The position numbers were made by a program, and so were the translations under genes. The notes under the pieces are model-generated. The model saw nothing but the letters and a program-made list of their open reading frames with translations, was not told the DNA's origin and ran no database searches. Shown here in pieces: positions 53,001-64,000 of a stretch of DNA of 64,000 bases. This DNA is from Ylistrum balloti (taxonomy: Eukaryota): positions 1,116,001 to 1,180,000 of the forward strand of contig NW_026782051.1 of assembly GCF_031769215.1 (NCBI RefSeq). The letters are read 5' to 3'. Positions within the stretch are counted from its first letter, which is position 1, and each line of letters opens with the position of its first letter.

Positions 53001-54317
53001 GAGCTGGTTAAGATTAACAACTTTTCAAGTCTAAAAAAGTCGGGAACCAAATATTACGTATACAAGGCGTGTTCATATCCTGGTCATTAACTGGATCATT
53101 TTTATTTGTTTATTTATTTATTCAATTTTTTTTTCTAGTGGTCACCAAACCACACTATTTATGAAATAGGTCATCTTAATTACGAAAAAAACAAAAATCA
53201 GAAAATTAATTCAAGATTACTAAGTTCTCAACAATTCAAATTAAAATTGAAAGTTTTTATAGTCGTCACCTATAGTAACTGTTGCATGATATAGTTATCT
53301 GAATATACACATAGTTGATATCCTTCAAGTATAGTTATTTGATATTTTACAGGAAAGGGAGTCGATAGATACTCTACAGCTATAGAAAATTCAACTGAAT
53401 AAAAATCAGTATGTATGAATGTGTAACGTGTAAGAGTACAAGAGTAAATTATTTATGTAAATGAAGAAACTACGTCAAAAGGCATCTGCCTTATCCCTAA
53501 TATAAACACTTATCTGACTGCGAATACACTGTAAAAGGGAGCGCACTCCCAAATTTCAATAGACAGACCACGTTCGTGTTTGATCCTTTATACGCTCTAC
53601 GTGATAATGTACAGCTAACATCTCGCCTGTTTGTTGACTTCAAATCAATTTATTTCAAACATATTCTAACAACTTTTACAAATGGAAATTTAGTATTATT
53701 ACTGTTACCGCAGAGAAAATCTCGTTAGGGTTTCGCCACAAAAGTTTATGTGTATGTCATATAATCCTGTATATAGATATATCGAGGGGTACTTGCCACA
53801 TAGATTCAATATTTGTTTATACATTTCAATACGGAATGGTTTCCAAAGAACGTCATGACCATATATAGTAGCTTACGAGACGAACGTCCACAAGCAGTGT
53901 TTTCCAATTACCAGACATCACTTGAATATTTGAAAAGAAACCCAGTTATCTTAGTAGTCGTATTGAGCTCGAAAAAGCGACCGGTATATCGAAATAATTA
54001 TCATGTACTCAGCATTAAAATCAGTATTGTGTCAAATTAAGCATTTTAAATGTTATTTTTAGTTTTGTTTAATCTCATTGTTGTATTTCTGTTTCACTGG
54101 TAATGGAAACAAGTACAGAAAGTCACGTATTATCTAGGAACAGTAATCATACTAGTGTTCCTGAAACAATAGTATTGTTTCATTTCATATCGCTGTTCCC
54201 AGAGGTATCGTATACAACCACATACCTGCCAATGTAGACAATGTCGTGTTACAGAGTACGAATGTGATGTATTGTAAGCAAATACACACCACAGGGTTTT
54301 ATACACGGGCAATCTGA

Positions 54318-54420
54318 TGGCGCAGTGGTAAAGGGTTCGATTTCCCAAACGGATGTTGTGAGGGTTCACCTACCTAACCACATGTAGTTTCCTCCCACAG
54401 TAAGACCACTCGCGCGCTTC
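54318..54420 (+). mobile_element. Possible tRNA-headed SINE remnant
   Basis: A-box-like TGGCGCAGTGG, B-box-like GGTTCGATTTCC (abnormally close) and a GTTTCCTCCCACA motif resembling V-domain SINE cores. Confidence 0.35.
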
Positions 54421-55869
54421 AATTCGGGTTAGTAAGAGTGATCACTTTAAGATGGATAATTTGTTGTAAAAGTTGTAAAATAGATCAAGTTTATTTTTAT
54501 ACGCTAAGTGGGTATATATCTAAGTGTCTGTAGATGTGATAAGGAACGATTTTCAAATTCATCCGACAATACCTATGTTGATATCAAAATAGCAATTCAT
54601 TGCATTTTTCGGTATCGGTGGAAAGTGATTGTTTTGTCAAAAATATATATTTCAATAAGTGTATGTAATGGTTTTCAACTTTGCGCATCAGTACTTGACA
54701 TAATGTACATCTTTGATCTGTATTATAGATAGACTAGTTTGTAATATGACACTTAATCAACTGGAAACTATATCTATGGTAGGAAAGCAATATAAAATAT
54801 TCATGAAAATGTCTGTGACAAATTTTTTCGTCGATATCCATTGATTTCTCTAGACGCTGGTGTCAGTGCCAATCAACCTTGAACGACTCGATGCTATTAT
54901 TGGTACCATTGTGAAGGGATGACACGACGATTCTACACCTCGGTGAATCTCGCTCAGTACAGACTGGTTCTCATATCACTCGAGATTGGACGATTTTAAT
55001 ACACATCTCAATTTCTGAACTGAATAAGTATATTATTTAAGGATATTTTTGAGGGAATAGTTTAAAAGCCAAAATGCATGGAGTCTTGGAGGAAATATTC
55101 AAAAGTGTCTAATTTCACTTCATGACTACGGTAGGTATCTACTTGTTTGTCCGTGGTTGTAATTTGATACAACATTTCAATATATGTTAAACGATTTACA
55201 TGTATAAGTCTGTGAGAAACTGATTGCATTATGGTATTTCTGTGATTCTCTTAAAGACATTGTATATATTTCGTACATGCAACATTAAAATCCTTATGCT
55301 ACTGTTGGTGTCACACGGACTTGACATAATCTGTAATTAGTAGTATATGTGAGGAGATGTTGGGGTTGGAAACTTGTATCTCGTACTCGGGGGAAAAGGT
55401 TTAAACCATACGCTGTAAAACAGTCAAAATGGTTCTAACTTGCCATCCCCGCTAATAATAACAACAATGAAATTTTCGACATGTCAACTTGATCTTAACT
55501 CCATGTAGACCATTGAACAAGTACGAGGAGAAAATACCAGGAATTGCAGAAAATTTAGCATCTTCTGCTTCATTGATGACCCTTGATTAATCCAAGTAAG
55601 TAATGTCATGTTCCCGAACAAACGAGCATCAAACATGTCGATAACATACTTTAACACAAGGAAATAATATATTCTTTATTTGAACATCATGAAGACCAAA
55701 GCATTTCCCCATTATCTTAAGCAATTGGCATCCATCTGCCACTGTTGTCGACATACAAACGTGTAAACGTTATAGACTTGGGGATCCGAAGCAGGCATAT
55801 TTCTGTATAGAAATGGACAATACACAATAGACTGAGAAATACAAGAATAAAAATTTGGGAACATTCAGT

Positions 55870-56620
55870 TTGGTAATATTAATAGAATAGTTGTTACAGC
55901 ACAACCAGTAGAAGATGACAACATGGTCACCTTCATCAGACAAATGACCTATGTGAAGTTACTAGCACTGACGTACGTATACTTAGGTCGACAATAGTGT
56001 GACAGACATGGTTAACAGATTATGATTAAATATTACAGAAGATGGCAACAATGCACTGTAGTCAATCCAGCTACAACTGGCTTAACACTTGGTCACAAAG
56101 TGGCCTCGCCTGTCCCTGTTTAGTCAGTTTAGTCTGACAAGGTTGTTTTCCCTGTCTGCTATTCAAGAAATTTCCCAGTTAGTGATATGACTTTGGAATT
56201 TTGGAATTATCTGCAAGTGCCGATTTATTGATCTGAGACTGAGAATGCTTCCGCTCTGGTCGAGTGATTTATTATTATTTTTTTGTTTATTTTACATTCT
56301 TGAGATTCCGTATCTTTCTGATGTTCATGAAGACGGACTCCGAATTTCTTGTCTGTTTTTCCGATAAACAATGCGATGTTTCATGGCTGTTGCAATACCA
56401 TGGTCATAATGTGAGGGATTACTACTTGTCATTTTATTCTTTTCCTTGGTGTTTCGTCTCTTGGTGTTTAGTCGTTGTTAACTTTCTGGATTACCCAATC
56501 AGGGTATCCACATCTCGTACACTACATACGTTAATTCTAACACGCTTCACACTGGTCATTTGGAGTCTGATGAAGGTGACCGTGTAGTCATCGAAACGTC
56601 ACACTCTAATCTGTTGTGGC
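55870..56620 (+). mobile_element. Truncated Penelope-like retroelement remnant with inverted 5' pLTR fragment
   Basis: GGTCACCTTCATCAGAC near 55925-55941 is the exact reverse complement of GTCTGATGAAGGTGACC at 56565-56581. Weak GIY-YIG-like GILE...R..REC pieces lie near 56190-56250. Confidence 0.5.
56560..56609 (+). ncRNA. Minimal type-I hammerhead ribozyme motif (Penelope-type)
   Basis: TTGGAGT-CTGATGA-A-GGTGAC-cgtgta-GTCATC-GAAA-CGTC/-AC[AC]TCTAA shows the conserved core, 6-bp helix II, palindromic ACGT helix III and bulged 7-bp helix I. Predicted cleavage is after C56600. Confidence 0.65.
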
Positions 56621-57921
56621 CTTGTTTCCAATTCAGGTGGGTATACACGATGGACAATGTTGATAAAGTCGCTTGTTATTAAAAGACATTTTCCTAAAGG
56701 TATACATACCACCCGCCTCGCCGAATACATTGTTAGCCACAGCCAATGGAATTCGATTATTTTCACTATTTTCCCTACTTCATTGATGTTTATTTAAGTG
56801 ATAGGCATACATATGTACGTACTTGTTAAATTACATCACAGAGATTTGGGTCCATTTCTAAAACCTCGAATCATTTAGCACAAATCAAATAAATTGCTCT
56901 TGAAATATGATATTATAATTAAAGATGTTTATTATTGAGAGGGTATCAAGTTTAATGAAACCTGATGTCTGTCAATGCTGAATAGACTATATAAAGCCCA
57001 AGTGGTTTAATTCCATGTACATGGTGAAAGGGAAATAGCGGTCGACCGAAATTGTGATCGCGGATGGACAGTCAGAACCTTCTTGACTAGATATTCCTTA
57101 CCTGCATGAAAATCACCAGAAAAAAAATCAGTATAGTTTATTGTGATCTCGGATGAACGGTCAGAAGAACCCCGTTGACTAGATACTCTAGCCTTACCTG
57201 CATGACAATGACCAGGAAAAAATCAGGGCAATATTCTACTGGACATATTTTATTCATAATAGTTTTACTAGTCGTGGAACGTTTATAGCGGTGTCACAGA
57301 CCATTAGATGGGAAGCTCTACTTTACTCGCGTAAATACATGTTGTATCATCAATTCATTGTCTTCCAGAGGTGTGCTTTTCAACATTAAGGTAATTGTCT
57401 TGTCAAACATTCTTGTAAGTACACTAAAATTTAAAAAAATGTTGGTATAAAATCGTTTATATATCAAAAAGCTGAAGTTGACATGCAAGAGTTTTAACCC
57501 AAAATTTCTTAACGATTCTTATGTAGGTCGCGTGTATATTTGTATATTAATAATTTAACGTCTCCTTGACATATTGTACAATAGTTAGGTATTATGCACT
57601 GAAGAGACAAGCTTCAGTGGTTACAATAAACAACAGGTATAACACAGTTGTGATATGTTGTACCCCCTGACAACCCCAGGTGTATTTACTACCAGTGACA
57701 GGCGCTATTTATATCACACACAGGAATACCCTACACTTTTACGCCGTGGCAGTTCAATGTGATTGCATAGGAAGAGCGACCGGACATACCGATAATTAGA
57801 ATATTAATACCAGGCTAAAAAGGAAACATGATGAATTGTGGGTCAAGTCAGCTGCTAGGGAAGCGAAGATTCACGGTGTACAGACAGCGACTCCAACATG
57901 TATCGTCAGTATCTCGCTGAC

Positions 57922-60900
57922 ATGGGGTCGGGAGGCAGTAAGAAACCTGCGAAGGGAGCCCCAGCTGGAGGGTACGTATTACTATCTCAATCAGGTGCTG
58001 AATAGGGTATTATTACATGTGTATTAGGTTTACTGTCAATCTAAAGGAGATAGCGACAAGTGTTATTGTTGGTAACGGGGTACTCAGAGGGTAATTTCAG
58101 AACAGTCTCAGATTTTGTTTAAATACTATTAGGAATAATTTCTACTTCCTGTCATAAATGTACACTCTATAGATCCAGGGACGTATATATCACGTTAATA
58201 TACGTCCCTGATAGATCATATAAAAATGTAGATTGATTTAGAAAAAAATATTTATGAATGGGATAAGTTTTACTTCAGAATGAAATCTTAATTTCTGTTT
58301 GATTCTTGAGATCAGAGATGTCTCTGTTGTGATACATGCTACAAAAATATATATGTACACTAAACAATGATGTACATATATATTTGTATGCGATTAGCAT
58401 CTAAACCTCATACTTACATGGACTACATAACAAAACAGTGTAGCCCTATACAACTGCTGTATCATTTTCATGTTTTTTTTCCATTCTGATTGATTTTGGA
58501 ATTTTAGATATTATGAAACTTATCGATGACAATAACTGTAATATCGTATTGGAGTACCTGTTTGATGTTTATTGTACCTCAATAGCTTCTTGTGTCTTGT
58601 TATCACACTCTCCAGACAATACAGATAAGGTGGAGATATTGTCAGAAAGTTTCATCCCAAAGTCATACATGTGACCACATTCCAGAATAGGATAGAAGAT
58701 TAAATCAAACCTATGCAAGATTCATAATCTTAATCCAAACAGAAGTGAATCCAGAGAAACAAGAAAAAACGGACAACATGTATTTGCAAAGAGAGACAAT
58801 AGCTATGCATTGATGAAGGGAGACAATCCCTATTCATTAACAAAAGGAGACAATTCTTATACATGATGTTTGAATGATGAAGTAATCATGTACTGAAGAC
58901 TGAGTTACAAGTTTACTATGTATACCAGTGAACTCAGCTTCAAATTTCTCATACTAACATTTCATTTACCATAAAAGTGAACTCAGCTTCAAATTTATCA
59001 TCCACTGTTGTGAACACAACCTATTTTTAACAGAAACCCAATGATATTTTCTTTCTCGAGCAAATCTAAGATGTATTACTAGTAAAACTTCTCTATCTTT
59101 TAGAACTTAAAAATCCATTGTAAAATGTTTGTTTGTCAGATGAAGATCTAAGATAGTGCTTTTCTGTAGCTTGAATATTGAGTGGGCAGAAATTATTTGA
59201 AGTTGGTAAGAATATTAATTTTGTATACGTACAATATGATTGTGTAATTTTTGTGTTGATGTCACTAAATTTGCTCTTGAATAGTGAGTGATAAAAACAA
59301 GTTACAGCTAGGTAGACTATAAAATTTTATACCTCTGTATCTGTAGTACCTAGACCAAAACTTGTTTACGTTATTTGAAGACAAAAGCTTGTGTAGGATT
59401 AGATACATTTTCGTAAGATTTACTGTATCTATGTATCTATTAAGATCTACTACATATGTCTAGCAGTCAAAATATCAATCCTCATTAGTAAGACTGTCTA
59501 GTAATTACTTTGTGCATCAATCCATATTTGTATAATTTACTTTGTCCAGCAGTCAATTTATCAATCCTCATTTGTATAATTTACTTTGTCCAGCAGTCAA
59601 TTTATCAATCCTCATTTGTATAATTTACTTTGTCCAGCAGTCAATTTATCAATCCTCATTTGTATAATTTACTTTGTCCAGCAGTCAATTTATCAATCCT
59701 TATTTGTATGATTTACTTTGTCCAGCAGTCAATTTATCAATCCTCATTTGTATAATTTACTTTGTCCAGCAGTCAATTTATCAATCCTCATTTGTATGAT
59801 TTACTTTGTCCAGCAGTCAATTTATCAATCCTCATTTGTATGATTTACTTTGTCCAGCAGTCAATTTATCAATCCTCATTTGTATGATTTACTTTGTCCA
59901 GCAGTCAATTTATCAATCCTCATTTGTATGATTTACTTTGTCCAGCAGTCAATTTATCAATCCTCATTTGTATGATTTACTTTGTCCAGCAGTCAATTTA
60001 TCAATCCTCATTCATTTGTATAATTTACTTTGTCCAGCAGTCAATTTATCAATCCTCATTTGTATAATTTACTTTGTCCAGCAGTCAATTTATCAATCCT
60101 CATTTGTATAATTTACTTTGTCCAGCAGTCAATTTATCAATCCTCATTCATTTGTATAATTTACTTTGTCCAGTAGTCAATTCATCAATCCTCATTTATA
60201 AGATTGTCGAGTAGTTACTTACTACATCAATCCTCATTTTTAGAAATATTTTACAGGCGGCATGGCAAAACAACAAAAACCTCTGTAAACAGGTCATCGC
60301 GTGTACCTCTGGTTGTGAAAGAATGGTCTCCTCCGAAACCAGTAGTTGATAAAGATCGATCAACTAGTACACCTGCTGCCATGAAAAAGCAGCCAGTTCT
60401 TGAAACTGAACATATTAGTAATCGTACACCAAGGAGATCTGTAGGTTATAACAAACTGAAACCTAGTGCACCTGTGGCTGGTAAAGATAGGTTGTCTCTG
60501 TCACCTCGGTCACCTCAGGTACCTATTGTAATCAATGACAGATCACTTAAAGTACCTGTAGTAACCAAGGACAGTTCAAGACGAGCATCTGTAATCGCAA
60601 CTAGCAGTTCATTACGATTACCTTCGGTAACTAAGGACAGCTCACCACAATTACGTTTGGTAACTAAGGACAGCTCACCACAATATCCATTGGAAACTAA
60701 GAACAACTCGCTGCAATTACCTTTGGTAACAAAGGACAGCTCACCACAATTACCTTTGGTAACAAAGGACAGCTCACCACGATTGCATTCAATAAATTGG
60801 GATAGTAGTAGTTCGTCTGATGAATCTGTGGAGATTGAAGAACAACAGTCCATACCTACAGTCATTGTGGATAGGGCGCCACCTGTGCAGTTCAATATAG

Positions 60901-62329
60901 ACAGGTTTAACTACGGCACAATTTTTAACCTTTTAGATTTTTCTCTTTCCTATAGGATGTATTTTAGCCAATGTATTTATGAATTCTGTCTTAATTTTGT
61001 GTTGTGTTATTGATTACTGAATTTCTCATTTGATTTTTAAATCATTACAGTAAAGTGTCACCTCAGGCCTGTTCTATACATCATACAGCATTATATGTCT
61101 CCTGTTGTATCATTGCTTCTTCTGTCTTCTGATACCTGGCATTGATATTCCATATACATCACTCCTCTTATATATGATAAGTAAAACAAGAAATGCCATC
61201 TCTGAATATTATTTCTTGGAGATGGAGATAATCCTAATTTTCTTGCATGTTTTTTTTCTCTTTATCACACATTAACCATTAAACTCTCAGCACTGTATTT
61301 ATAAGGTTTGGCTATAACACATTGATGTTAAAAATATTCTTGAATTTCAGTTGGTTTCACTTGCAGATAATACTATATCACTTTAAGTATTTAGGTACAC
61401 CTGAAGATCAATTAACAGTATGCTAAAAATGATTAAGTGTATGTTTAATTGGGTAAGATATATTTTGAGGGATGTCGAACAGCTTTGAGCCTCACCCATA
61501 AAGAACAAGTTCTTTGGTTTTACATTGCTTTATTTTTCAACATAGTCCCCTTCCAACTCAACATACATGTTGGCCAGTAATTGATGTCTGATTAGTAGAT
61601 TCCAACATTTTTGTACCCTTAAACAACTCTTAACAGCAGTTACAAAAAATGTGCCTTATTTCACCTTCTTAAAAGAAAAAAAATTTGTGAGACTCCAAAC
61701 GTTTTGATATTCCCTAATATATATTGTTTTAACATGTATTTGGATCTGTTTCAAGTACGTGGTTGTACATTAACTTTCTAAAAATCATTCCTGTTAAGTG
61801 TTTAAGAAATTTTATCAAATTATAAATAATATCTGTAGATATTTAACTTTAAAATGCCTGAAGAATAAGGGGATGTTTGGTTCCTTGTTGAATGACATCA
61901 ATCCAAAGAAATTGATTATTTAGAAATTTCATCAGATTTCACTGCTAAAGGTAGTATGAGATACTGATATTGGTAAGATTTCCAAATTCTCGTATCTTTT
62001 TCTTTTTAGATGTAATTAATATAGATGTAACATGTATTTGTTGTGTAGTGGCCCTCCGGTAGGTGGGCGGGAGACCACCCCTGATGGCAAACGAAAACTT
62101 ACTGATGAAGAAAAGGCAAAGAGGCAGAAAATATTGGATGATTACAAGCTTTTGGAAAAAAAAATTGAAGAGACCATGAAGCTGCTGACAGTTAGAGAGA
62201 AAACACGAATGAATATGAAGAGGATAACAGATTCTGAACAAATCAGTCCTATTCTACAAGGGGATATATCAGTGGATGTACCTACCACTGCAAAAATTGT
62301 AAGAATCTTCACCAGCAGCACTTTTACAG
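57922..62329 (+). CDS. 5' part of a NACHT- and WD-repeat (NWD1/NWD2-like, DUF4062 N-terminal) gene; continues beyond the last identified exon
   Basis: Exons 57922-57971 (MGSGGSKKPAKGAPAG), 60257-60904 and 62049-62329 have compatible phases. The last exon ends KIVRIFTSSTFT-G/GTGAGT, giving the RIFTSSTFTD signature typical of invertebrate NWD-like proteins. NACHT and WD40 domains are not in the window, so the family call rests on that motif. Confidence 0.7.
59460..60230. repeat. 44-bp intronic tandem repeat, about 16 copies
   Basis: Unit ATTTGTAT(A/G)ATTTACTTTGTCCAGCAGTCAATTTATCAATCCTC (59526, 59570, ...). It ends about 25 nt before the acceptor at 60256. Confidence 0.95.
60528..60791 (+). repeat. 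33-bp (11-aa) coding repeat VTKDSSPQLPL, about 8 units
   Basis: GTAAC.AAGGACAG.TCA or variants at 60528, 60561, 60594, 60627, 60660, 60693, 60726 and 60759. Confidence 0.9.
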
Positions 62330-62807
62330 GTGAGTTATTTACTTTTTATCCTTATTCCTCTGACAGGTTCAGTAGAAATAGTTTTGGAATAAGCAATACT
62401 CAGCTCTGATTAAGAGAGGCTTTGTGAAATATTCTTAGTTTACTGACAATCGTCATCTGGCTTTAGTATAAAGTAATTGGTGTTTAGAAGGAAGAAATAC
62501 CTATATTTAAGGGTGGGGCTTGCTCAGAAATCTTGATTATTGGATGGTTGTAAAAAATGTGTTGAAAATTTCCATTGATGTGTGAGGATATGGCTATTCA
62601 AAAGTAGAAAAATGATTCAGCTTTCTTTACAAAACAGCTGATCTCGCCTTTCTGTTTGACTTATCTTGTGTTTACCTTGAATTACAAATCATCAGAAAGT
62701 GTCCTTGTGTAAAAGGTGTTTACATACATGTAAATTGCATTCAGTTGATGCAAATCAAACAAGCAAATTCCACACTTTAGTTGGCCTGGAGAAGACATGG
62801 GTCAAGG

Positions 62808-63202
62808 TGTAACAGAGGTCATTTCCCATCTCAATGCCTCCGCTAGGAATCGAACCCAGGACCCCTGGCTTACTAGTCTTATGCTCAACCAATTGAGCTA
62901 AAGAGAAGTTCTCTCTAGCCAAGTGGTATATTAAGGCTAGCATTTTACCAGGGTTACATACTCCCCCTCCAGGAAATAACTCGTCCTTGATTTACCAGGG
63001 GTCACAGCAATGCCGGTGGGGCATGGCTTAGTACTATTCTCGGGTCCCTACATGGACGCCAATGTAATAGAGGTCATATTTCATCTCAATGCCTCCTATA
63101 GGAATCGAACCCGGGACCCCTGGCTTACTAGTCCAATCGAGCTAAAGAGAAGTTCTCTCTAGCCAAGTGGTATATTGCGGCTAGCATTTTACCAGGTTTA
63201 CA
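62808..63202 (-). mobile_element. TRIM (non-autonomous mini LTR retrotransposon) with tRNA-like sequence in its LTRs, Helenus type
   Basis: LTRs at 63202-63063 (140 bp, 11-bp deletion) and 62958-62808 (151 bp), both TG...CA. PBS TGGCGTCCATGTAGGGA follows the 5' LTR and PPT GGAGGGGGAGTA precedes the 3' LTR. Internal part is 104 bp. The 4-bp TSD AAGG lies at 62804-62807 and 63203-63206. Confidence 0.9.
62835..62905 (-). pseudogene. tRNA-Thr(AGT)-like segment inside the TRIM LTR (Pol III A and B boxes)
   Basis: TAGCTCAATTGG (A box), CTAGTAA loop, GGTTCGATTCC (B box). Anticodon and acceptor stems pair poorly. Confidence 0.7.
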
Positions 63203-64000
63203 AAGGTACCATATCACTTGTAATAATGCATGTTTGTCTGTACTAGATATAAATCTTATCAGAGTTTGGTGACCATCAGTCAATGTTTTAGGTCAAAGGT
63301 CACCACTTTGCAACTAAAAAGCTGTTTGAGACCCTGCTCACTTTGTTTTTATTTACATTTCATGAACTTTTAAGAAAAAAATCTGATCTTTTGATCAATA
63401 TGATTAATTTCCGAACAAGATGATGTATTGATTAATTACAAATTAAAATATGTAGTGCATTTGGCAGGTATGTGTTTACTTGTATGTTAGTTATTGTCTC
63501 CAATTGTCCAGACATTATGTTTACTATCAGAGCGGGTGAGGTCTTCCGTTCTAGTTTTAAATGTCCTGGTTCACCATTGATTACCTTCATATTTCTTGTC
63601 ACCAATGTCAATAGACAACAAAACAAGAGTGTATTATTTCAATATTGATTGTAAAGCTAATACCTCCTGTAGATCTATACGTCTTGCTTTAGGTGTAGTG
63701 TCACATCAATGTCCCTGTTCATATACATCTTTAGACATGGTCTAGTTTTATTTGATTTAGAAGTTTATCACATAAAGTAAATAACATATTTTGTTTACCT
63801 GTAGGATAGTTTGTGATGACACATATTAAGTAAGACAAAGAAGTATATAGTTTGGTAACAAAGTCAATAAGACACTTCCTGTCACAAAGAAAACTGAGGT
63901 GTGACTCCCTGATTGTATAATTCTGAGGATGCACTTTAGTAGAGTATCCGCTATATTCATGGAAAATGCCTGCTATGTCCATGGAAAATATATCTGTTGT

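Noticed and set aside
58176-58210. 13-bp-arm palindrome CAGGGACGTATAT...ATATACGTCCCTG
   Set aside because: Too short to assign. Probably a collapsed MITE relic, with no TSD or further context.
62835-62905. Functional tRNA-Thr(AGT) gene
   Set aside because: Anticodon and acceptor stems do not pair, and the sequence is part of a duplicated LTR bounded by a TSD.

Overview
AT-rich eukaryotic (animal, most likely bivalve mollusc) genomic DNA with spliceosomal introns. I inferred exons by hand from GT-AG sites and reading-frame continuity. From left to right the window holds: a 7-exon CCDC89-like coiled-coil gene (+) with a dead Tc1 element in its last intron; 29-bp and 52-bp minisatellites; a convergent 6-exon RING-HC/coiled-coil gene (-) whose splice sites are caught up in tandem repeats; and a tandem cluster of six type-B carboxylesterase copies on the minus strand (four intact, labelled A, C, D, F, and two deleted pseudogenes, B and E). 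The cluster is interleaved with Tc1 elements, a Crypton-type tyrosine-recombinase remnant, LINE fragments, a hairpin MITE and a 162-N gap. It is followed by Penelope-like remnants carrying a minimal hammerhead ribozyme motif, the 5' part of an NWD1/2-like NACHT-WD40 gene (+), and an intronic tRNA-containing TRIM (Helenus type) with a 4-bp TSD. The most striking observation is that the four intact esterases carry four different residues (G, D, S, A) at the same oxyanion-hole position. The Asp variant matches the G137D organophosphate-hydrolase switch of blowfly alphaE7 and sits at an apparent recombination junction of a chimeric paralogue.
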